From an uncultured Gemmatimonadota bacterium (GTDB lineage: Bacteria; JAAXHH01), in assembly GCA_951812955.1 (NCBI GenBank), contig OX638340.1, positions 2,240,001-2,304,000 on the forward strand: a stretch of 64,000 bases of DNA, given 5' to 3'. The position numbers and the translations under genes were made by a program. Below are positions 17,771 through 24,484 of the stretch, one piece after another; the first letter of the stretch is position 1; each line of letters starts with the position of its first letter. Under the pieces are notes generated by a model. It was not told where the DNA came from. It did not search any database and saw nothing but the letters and a program-made list of their open reading frames with translations.

Positions 17771-18733
17771 TTACCCCCGGTAAATCCTCTCATTGTGCCA
17801 GGATAGTACTTCGGTGGACGGCTGGTCCACCGCATTCCTGGGAACGACAATCTGTTTCCCGTGCAAAGAGTAGTAATCGCGCCCGTTCTCGAATTCCTCC
17901 CGGACCTGTCCGCTGACCTCGAAGTGCAATTCAGGGGTCACCGTTACGTATCCGGAATCGAACAGCCCGTGGATGTCGCGCCTTAGCAGCAGTCCGTTCC
18001 TGGCTTCGTGGATGCCCCCTTCGCTGTAGGGACGGATGTGCGCGGCATCAAGGGCCGGCAGCGTCCGTTCGCGGGTAACTGCGCAACGGCGGTCGTAAAG
18101 GTCGGTTACCAGGGCCCTGAAAGCACCTTGACCGAGACGCGGTTTGACCAGTTGCGGTTTGCCGTAAAGGGTTTGCCCGGCCAGGAGGCCTGAGGGTTCG
18201 GCCACGATGCCGGCAGGATTTGCAGATACACTGGTTGGCTGTCGGAATTCCAAACGGCCGTTGACTGCGTCCCACAATGCCCGTCCGTCTGAGTCACCGG
18301 TACTAAATGTCTTTAGTGACACGATGTTCGGCGACCATGTCGACGGCACATCGACAAACTCGGATGCCTCGAAGAAGAAGGGTTGGGTAAGGATCCGGCA
18401 GCCAATCTTGTAATCGCTCGGCTCACGTGGGTCAACATTACGGTAACGTGAGATACGATTTCGCATTTCCTGCAATGTCTCGGCACCGTTGGCTTCCCCG
18501 AATGCTTCCCATGCAAGGGAACAAGGCATCACATTGGCATAGGCAAAAACGCCGCCGCCAACGATTACGTTGTACGGCGCGTGTAGCTTGAAGAGGAACA
18601 GTTCACCGGGCTGAAGTGCCTTGAAGTTCGTGCCAGAAGGCGCCCAGAAGTTGACCTCCTCCAGGTGCGGCTTCTGCCGGAGAGTCTTGAACCAGTCCCC
18701 GTCGGTCACGGCAACGACCAGCTTGATGTCCAT
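17771..18733 (-). CDS. HNH endonuclease (HNH_2-type) with a different N-terminal domain
   Basis: RRCAVTRERTLPALDAAHIRPYSEGGIHEARNGLLLRRDIHGLFDSGYVTV. The N-terminus MDIKLVVAVTDGDWF ... EVNFWAPSG ... GELFLFKL is unrelated to that of the neighbouring HNH gene. Start chosen at the ATG at 18733. The gene ends 9 bp before the next HNH gene. Confidence 0.8.
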   Translation of the reverse strand: MDIKLVVAVTDGDWFKTLRQKPHLEEVNFWAPSGTNFKALQPGELFLFKLHAPYNVIVGGGVFAYANVMPCSLAWEAFGEANGAETLQEMRNRISRYRNVDPREPSDYKIGCRILTQPFFFEASEFVDVPSTWSPNIVSLKTFSTGDSDGRALWDAVNGRLEFRQPTSVSANPAGIVAEPSGLLAGQTLYGKPQLVKPRLGQGAFRALVTDLYDRRCAVTRERTLPALDAAHIRPYSEGGIHEARNGLLLRRDIHGLFDSGYVTVTPELHFEVSGQVREEFENGRDYYSLHGKQIVVPRNAVDQPSTEVLSWHNERIYRG

Positions 18734-19076
18734 AGCGCGAATTCCGGTAAACTTTGGTGCTATTGGGATACAGGCAGATCCGATCAACGGACAACCGCAA
18801 CCGTGCGTCTCGCTGATCGAGCCTTATCATCTAAAATAAAAGACGGCAACCATGGCAGGTCAAGTGCCGCCTGTGCGACCCGGTTTTTGACGTTTGGAAC
18901 ACAGAACGAGTGCTTCCAGATTGCCTTGACCAAATGTACCTGTTAGTTTACTGAACGTTGGTACACTTGATCTCATAAGTTATCAGGAGATTACGAGCGA
19001 GTAGTGAAAGGAACGATTCATATCTTATGTTGTGTAATTTAAATCATATATCGGAAATAGTACATAGGGGAGTTGT

Positions 19077-19274
19077 GTGGTGAATAGTAACTCAAAAGAT
19101 AATAACGAACGGCGATCGCCGATAAAAACCGCCAAACATGACAACTCGAGTGACGAAAACAATCCCCCAGCCAACCTGGCGGAAGCGATACGCGCCCGTT
19201 TTGCACCGTTGGGTGGGATAGAACTGGATCTTCCGCCACGCGAACCCATGCGCGAACCGCCCGAATTCAAATAA
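19077..19274 (+). pseudogene. relic of a VapB/StbC-type antitoxin (C-terminal half only)
   Basis: The tail NLAEAIRARFAPLGGIELDLPPREPMREPPEF is the conserved C-terminus of ribbon-helix-helix VapB/StbC antitoxins. The N-terminal RHH part is replaced by AT-rich low-complexity sequence, and no vapC follows. Confidence 0.45.
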
Positions 19275-19359
19275 TGAGAACGCATTAGCGCTGACTGGAA
19301 ACTGTCCCATATGAACCCGGCAATTCCGCACTGGTAATCCAACCAACAAAGGACACCCC

Positions 19360-20754
19360 ATGCCCCCGATCGACATCGGCTCACGCCGCGAGCTCTTTGT
19401 AGACTCATTTCTGATCGACACCCTCACGGACGCCCACCAACATCTTCACGAACCCGTTCTAAAGGAGACGGTATTCCGCGTAGAGGAACCTCTGGAGAAC
19501 GCCTGTACGGGTTGCTACAACCTGGTACAGACAGACGGCAAAGTCCTGGTGTATTACCGCGGCTATCACCCCACGGGCAAACACGAGGATCTGCCCGAGG
19601 GTTGGGCGGAAACGCAGACGACAAACCTGCTGGTCAGCGATGACGGCATCCACTTCGAACGGCCGAACCTGGGCCTGGTGGAAGCGGAAGGTTCGAAGGA
19701 CAACAACATCCTCGTCCGGGGCCGCGAGGCACATAACTTCTGCGTCTTCCTGGACGGCAATCCGGAAGTGGCGCCCGATCAGCGTTTCAAGGCCGTCGGT
19801 GGAGAAGGCAGGGACAGTCTCTTCGGTTTCACTTCATCCGACGGATTGACCTGGAAACCGGTGCAGGACGGTCCCCTCGCGATCACGGGCGCCTTCGACT
19901 CGGTGAACGTGCCCCTTTGGGACGACTACGCGGGTTGCTACCGCCTCTTCAGCCGGTACTTCGAACAGACGGGGGAAGACGGCGTCGGGGTCCGGGCAAT
20001 TCAGAGCTGCACCTCGGAGGATTTCATCCACTGGACCACGCCCGAACATCACGTGTACGGCGAAGGCGTCCCGTTCGAGCACTTCTACACCAACGCCACC
20101 ACGCCATGCCCTGGCGCGGAACACATCCTGCTGTCCTTTCCCATGCGGTTCGTGCCGGAACGGACGAAGGACATCAAGGGCATGGATTACCCCGGGGGCG
20201 GCGTGTCCGACGCTATATTCATGTCGAGTCGGGACGGCGTCCACTGGGACCGGAGTTTCATGGACGCCTGGCTGCGCCCGGGCCTGGAAAAGCGCAACTG
20301 GACGCACCGCAACCAGACGCCGGCCGCGGGAATCGTTCCGACAGCCCCGGACGAATGGTCGATGTACGTCGCCGAGCATTACGGATGGGACACCAACGGC
20401 GTGAGGCGGGTGACCGTCCGTCCCCACGGTTTCGCCTCCGTCCGGGCAGGCTACTACGGTGGCGAACTGTTTACGAAACCCCTGACCTTCACCGGATCGA
20501 CGCTGTATATCAACTACTCGGCGTCCGCCGTGGGCGCCGTGTCCGTGGAGATTCAGGATACGGAAGGTCGAGCCTTGGAGGGATTTGCGGCAAACGACAT
20601 GGATCCCCTGTTCGGCGACGACCTGGACGCCCCGATTACGTGGAAGGGCTCCGACGGTCTGAATGGCCTGAACCGGCTGAACGGTGTGCCGGTCCGCCTG
20701 CGGTTCATCCTGAAGGACGCCGATCTCTTCTCGATCCGTTTCGGAGATTCCTGA
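19360..20754 (+). CDS. uncharacterised protein, probably a beta-propeller glycoside-hydrolase-like fold
   Basis: 464-aa ORF. The N-terminus IDIGSRRELFVDSFLID and repeated W/D-rich strands resemble uncharacterised GH32/43-superfamily-like proteins. The function call is weak. Confidence 0.4.
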   Translation: MPPIDIGSRRELFVDSFLIDTLTDAHQHLHEPVLKETVFRVEEPLENACTGCYNLVQTDGKVLVYYRGYHPTGKHEDLPEGWAETQTTNLLVSDDGIHFERPNLGLVEAEGSKDNNILVRGREAHNFCVFLDGNPEVAPDQRFKAVGGEGRDSLFGFTSSDGLTWKPVQDGPLAITGAFDSVNVPLWDDYAGCYRLFSRYFEQTGEDGVGVRAIQSCTSEDFIHWTTPEHHVYGEGVPFEHFYTNATTPCPGAEHILLSFPMRFVPERTKDIKGMDYPGGGVSDAIFMSSRDGVHWDRSFMDAWLRPGLEKRNWTHRNQTPAAGIVPTAPDEWSMYVAEHYGWDTNGVRRVTVRPHGFASVRAGYYGGELFTKPLTFTGSTLYINYSASAVGAVSVEIQDTEGRALEGFAANDMDPLFGDDLDAPITWKGSDGLNGLNRLNGVPVRLRFILKDADLFSIRFGDS

Positions 20755-20781
20755 GAAGAATCCTGAGAAGATTCGTGAGAA
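20746..20781. repeat. 12-bp x3 tandem repeat spanning the stop codon
   Basis: gattccTGAgaa / gaatccTGAgaa / gattcgTGAgaa. The first TGA (20752-20754) is the gene's stop, and all three are in frame. Confidence 0.9.
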
Positions 20782-20872
20782 ATACAGACCCCGGGGTTAT
20801 CCCATCGGTATTCCGTGTCAAAGGATAGCTTTGATGAGGATTGAGGACCGGGGGCAGCGACTTCCGGCTCAC

Positions 20873-21643
20873 CTATTCAGCCTTCGGTCTGATTTTCCTG
20901 TAAATCACCGGAGTCAGGGAAATGGTAATCAGCAGGGCGAGGGCGATGCCCAGGTTGGTCAGGGCAGAGGATCTTAGCGCGGCGCGCGCCACGTCGTCGA
21001 GTTCAGTGCCGGCCATGTAGACCTGCATCAGCGACGCCGCGGTGTATGCGTAGATGAAAGTGGAAGGCGTGATGCCGATCATCGTCCCCAATACGTAGTG
21101 AATCTTCCGGATTCCGGACAGCCCGGCGGCAAAGTTGAGGAGATTGAATGGGATCAATGGGATCAGCCGTAGCTGGAGCATGCGCAGGAAACCCTGATTC
21201 CTCAGCTGGCGGTCGATCCGGTCGATCGGACCCTTGATGTAGCGGGAGATGAAATCGCGGCCCAGGTACCGGGCCAGGTCGAAGGCCAGGCTGGCGCCGA
21301 TGTTCGCGCCGACCAGCACGTAAAGCGTGCCCCACATGGCGCCGAAGGTGAACCCGGCGACAAAGGTCATGACCACCATCGGCACGCCCACCGTCGTGAG
21401 CAACGCGTACAGGCCGATGAACACCAGGGGCGCCCACCAGTAGCCCGCGATGGAATCGAAGAATCCCTCCATCGCAATGGGCTGGAGATACGCTCCCAGG
21501 GGGGTGAAGCTATAAACAAGAATGCCGGAAGAGGCGATCGCGAGCAGGATGGCCAGCTTGACGAGCGAACGCTTCCGGCTTGTTCCCTTGCCGGGGCCTA
21601 CCTGCCGCATGGCGTGTATGATTTCTTCATCGATCCATCCCAT
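20873..21643 (-). CDS. TVP38/TMEM64 (DedA-related) family membrane protein
   Basis: 256-aa multi-pass ORF with the family core VPMVVMTFVAGFTFGAMWGTLYVLVGANIGASLAFDLARYLGRDFI. Confidence 0.8.
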   Translation of the reverse strand: MGWIDEEIIHAMRQVGPGKGTSRKRSLVKLAILLAIASSGILVYSFTPLGAYLQPIAMEGFFDSIAGYWWAPLVFIGLYALLTTVGVPMVVMTFVAGFTFGAMWGTLYVLVGANIGASLAFDLARYLGRDFISRYIKGPIDRIDRQLRNQGFLRMLQLRLIPLIPFNLLNFAAGLSGIRKIHYVLGTMIGITPSTFIYAYTAASLMQVYMAGTELDDVARAALRSSALTNLGIALALLITISLTPVIYRKIRPKAE

Positions 21644-21658
21644 TCGGAGCGTTGTCAG

Positions 21659-21723
21659 TCAGCCCGGCGTGTCGGCAGTCAGCTCGGAACATTTGCACTC
21701 GGCCCGGTGTGTCGACAGCCAGC
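21659..21723. repeat. intergenic degenerate direct repeat (25 bp, period 40)
   Basis: tcagcccggcgtgtcggcagtcagc (21659-21683) versus tcggcccggtgtgtcgacagccagc (21699-21723). Confidence 0.7.
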
Positions 21724-21745
21724 GCTTAAACTATGATCGACCGCT

Positions 21746-22531
21746 TTACTCCGCGCGCTGCTCGTTGATGCCCCAGTCATAATGCAGGTAGTCGACGTCC
21801 ACGTCTTTCCGCTTCAGCAACGCACGCGCCGCATCATCCGGCACGTAGGGCGTGATGTACTCCAGGACTTCCTGCTGGTTCTTCCCGAAGTCGTCCTCGT
21901 ACCAGTCCATGATCGGCGACAGCCAGACGGTGTTATCCTCCGGGTCGGCTCGGAACTTACTGGGATCGGCGAAAAAGACAAGGGTATTCGCCCTCAGCTG
22001 CCGGTCCATGTCCTCCGCTGTGAACGCTTCGGTCATGAGTGGCGGGCATCCTATGGAAGCGCACACGAGGGCGAAGTGGACCAGGGGCTCGTCCATCTTG
22101 CGCAGGATATTGTGCTCGATGTCATCCAGCGAGTATTCCCTGCCCTGGATTTCGATCTTGTAATCCTTCCAGATGCTGTACCCCAACAGGCTGACGTGAT
22201 TCTTGATGCTGCTCGTGGGATAGAAGTGCAGCATCCCGCGGATCGTCAACGCGTTGTAGGTATTGATCCAGAAGGCGAAGACCTCGTTGCGGTCCTTCAG
22301 CCCACCCGGGTCCACGCCCTTGATCATCTCCAGGTAGCCGTCCAACGTACCCACGTCGCGGGCCTTCCAGGTCCGGTAGTCGATCATGCCCCGTTCATCG
22401 ACGTATTTCTTCAACAATCCGTCGTACACGGAATGGTCCACTGTGCCGCCTCCCTGCGCTCCGGCGGTTCCGGTAAACATGATCGCCGTCAGCGCAACGG
22501 TCATCAAGGTAATCCATTGTCTTGTTCGCAT
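21746..22531 (-). CDS. DUF547 domain protein, secreted
   Basis: Signal peptide MRTRQWITLMTVALTAIMFTGTAGAQ and the DUF547 core AFWINTYNALTIRGML. Confidence 0.75.
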   Translation of the reverse strand: MRTRQWITLMTVALTAIMFTGTAGAQGGGTVDHSVYDGLLKKYVDERGMIDYRTWKARDVGTLDGYLEMIKGVDPGGLKDRNEVFAFWINTYNALTIRGMLHFYPTSSIKNHVSLLGYSIWKDYKIEIQGREYSLDDIEHNILRKMDEPLVHFALVCASIGCPPLMTEAFTAEDMDRQLRANTLVFFADPSKFRADPEDNTVWLSPIMDWYEDDFGKNQQEVLEYITPYVPDDAARALLKRKDVDVDYLHYDWGINEQRAE

Positions 22532-22641
22532 CGTTCGCGCCCCCTATTTCCCTTGCCCGAGGTGGGATTTCCTGCTATCTTTCGTTCACTTCCGCAGACG
22601 TTCCACGGACCGGTTACATCCTTCCCAGGCGGTAAGAAACT

Positions 22642-23208
22642 ATGGAAACGAAATCTCGCGTCAACATCGTCTACGTCCTCGCCGCGCTCCTGATCCTGGC
22701 CGGATTGATCTCGGCCATCGTGGGCGAAATGAGATCGCCCGAAGTGGCCGTCATATTCGATGCGGATGGCTCAATCTCTTCTAACCCCTACTCGGTCGAT
22801 CTGGAATTCGCCTTGACGGACGCCGACGAGAACGAATTCACCATCGCGCAGTTCGAGGGCCAGGTCCGGGTCGTCAACTTCTGGGCCACCTGGTGCCCCC
22901 CATGCCGCGACGAGATCCCCGACTTCCAGGCGTTCCATGAGAAGTACGAAGAAAAGGGCGTCAAGGTCATCGGCATCGCCCTCGACGAGCAAGGTGCGGA
23001 AATCGTACAGCCATTCGTCGAGGAAATGAACATGACCTACCTTTCCCTCATCGACACCACGCAGAAGGCCGCCAGGGAATTCGGTGGGATCTACGGTATT
23101 CCGACCACCTTCATCATCGACCGCGACGGAATGGTCCAGAAGAAACACGTAGGCTACATGTCCTACGAAAACCTGGAATCCGCCGTGCTGCCGCTGCTGG
23201 CAAACTAG
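22642..23208 (+). CDS. TlpA-family thiol:disulfide oxidoreductase (membrane-anchored thioredoxin fold)
   Basis: N-terminal TM segment and the redox motif VVNFWATWCPPCRDEIPDF. Confidence 0.85.
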   Translation: METKSRVNIVYVLAALLILAGLISAIVGEMRSPEVAVIFDADGSISSNPYSVDLEFALTDADENEFTIAQFEGQVRVVNFWATWCPPCRDEIPDFQAFHEKYEEKGVKVIGIALDEQGAEIVQPFVEEMNMTYLSLIDTTQKAAREFGGIYGIPTTFIIDRDGMVQKKHVGYMSYENLESAVLPLLAN

Positions 23209-23242
23209 GTTACATCTGCTGCTGGCGAACTAGGTGTTACAT
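23193..23242. repeat. 25-bp x2 tandem duplication spanning the TlpA stop codon
   Basis: gctgctggcaaacTAGgttacat (23193-23215, stop at 23206-23208) is repeated as gctgctggcgaacTAGgtgttacat (23218-23242). Confidence 0.85.
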
Positions 23243-23340
23243 TCGGCCGATGCGCGTCGGTATATACGGCCACGGCTCCTCCGGCCGCTGCTCCTCCGGC
23301 TGTTTCCCGTACTCGATCCGATGCTTTGCCGTACGCGCCG

Positions 23341-23378
23341 AAATCACCTCCCCGAGCAGAATTCACCTCTCCGTGCCG
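23341..23378. repeat. 19-bp x2 tandem duplication spanning the FMN reductase stop codon
   Basis: aaatcacctccccgagcag (23341-23359) versus aattcacctctccgtgccg (23360-23378). The minus-strand stop (tca at 23363-23365) lies in the second copy, and the first copy carries tca at the equivalent position. Confidence 0.75.
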
Positions 23379-23953
23379 TGCAGTCTCCCGAGCGTCAGCG
23401 CCAGGTTACGCCCCAATCCCTCCACCGCCGCCTGGCGCTTCTCGTCTTTCAAACTACCATCATCCGTAAACGCTCCGTGCGCGCCCGGAACCGCCACCTG
23501 GTCCGGCAGGATCATGACGTGGATGTTGCTTAAGATCGATCGCACGTGCACGAGTCCGCGCAGACCGCCCAGCGCACCTGGCGAAGCGCTCATCAACGCG
23601 GCCGTCTTGTTCCGGAAGACCGCCAGCCTCTCCTCGCCCGGCGCGGGCCTGGATGCCCAGTCGATCGTGTTCTTGAGGAGCGGCGTGATCGAACTGTTGT
23701 ATTCCGGCGCGGCGATCAGCAGTCCCTGGCTGGCCATCATCAGCGCCTTGAAGCGGACCGCGTTCTCTGGAATTCCATCTCGTTCTTCCAGGTCGCCGTC
23801 GTACAGTGGCATGGGGTAGTCGCGCATATCGACCAGGTCGACCGCGGCTCCGGCCTCCTCTGCGCCACGCGCCGCGATACCGACCAGTTTCCTGTTGAAA
23901 GAACCGGTCCGCGCACTGCCGGCAAATGCAAGAATTCTGGGTACATAGCTCAT
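23363..23953 (-). CDS. NADPH-dependent FMN reductase
   Basis: N-terminus MSYVPRILAFAGSARTGSFNRKL and a flavodoxin-like core (LLIAAPEYNSSITPLLKNTIDW). A GTG at 23974 is an alternative start. Confidence 0.8.
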   Translation of the reverse strand: MSYVPRILAFAGSARTGSFNRKLVGIAARGAEEAGAAVDLVDMRDYPMPLYDGDLEERDGIPENAVRFKALMMASQGLLIAAPEYNSSITPLLKNTIDWASRPAPGEERLAVFRNKTAALMSASPGALGGLRGLVHVRSILSNIHVMILPDQVAVPGAHGAFTDDGSLKDEKRQAAVEGLGRNLALTLGRLHGTER

Positions 23954-24325
23954 ATGGTTTTCGCTTTCTCCCACTGTTGATTCAGTTATTTAAATAGTAG
24001 TCCTGAACTATTTCAGCATCATTACTAAGCCACGCCGGAATCGCCCAGCGGCGCGACTTCCAGCCTACTGTCCCGCACGACCTTCAGCCCATTCTCCCAC
24101 GGCACGAACCGGGTCCGCGTTGGCTCCGCCCCGCCGCACGAGCTTCAACCCTCGATGGCACCGCTCCACAGCGAGTCCCGCGGAACGACCCTAAGGTACT
24201 ATAAAAAGTCGTGATACAAACCCCGAAAGTCAAGGGAGGATTAGACACTGAATGCGCCGGTCCGATCGGCTGCTTCACCCCTTCCGGCAAGGACTTTCCA
24301 GGCGGTTGAACGACGGAGAAACACC

Positions 24326-24354
24326 TTGACTGCAGGGGCTTGTATTGCTATGGT
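24326..24354 (+). promoter_or_regulatory. candidate sigma70-type promoter upstream of mutS
   Basis: TTGACT (24326-24331), 17-nt spacer, TATGGT (24349-24354), about 130 nt upstream of the mutS ATG. Confidence 0.35.
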
Positions 24355-24484
24355 TCCAACATCGTAAACGCAACGTCCTCACAGGGCTTTCCGACGCGCT
24401 GCCGCGATGGGTTCAGCGCGGTATTCCGAGACGGAATCCCGGTTACTCCGAACCGGCCGGAAACCGGCCAATCCAATCCCGCCC

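Larger units (their letters stand above)
11137..19300. other. AT-richer genomic island (nuclease/defence gene cluster), no integrase or tRNA seen
   Basis: Composition changes abruptly at the base after the PhyH stop codon (11134-11136): AT-rich codons dominate from 11137 to about 16750. It becomes mosaic over the HNH genes and returns to high GC near 19300. Confidence 0.6.

Noticed and set aside
11100-19360. Search for island att sites, a tRNA target or an integrase
   Set aside because: I found no direct repeats flanking 11137 and about 19300, no tRNA-like sequence and no recombinase ORF. The mobility mechanism therefore remains unknown.
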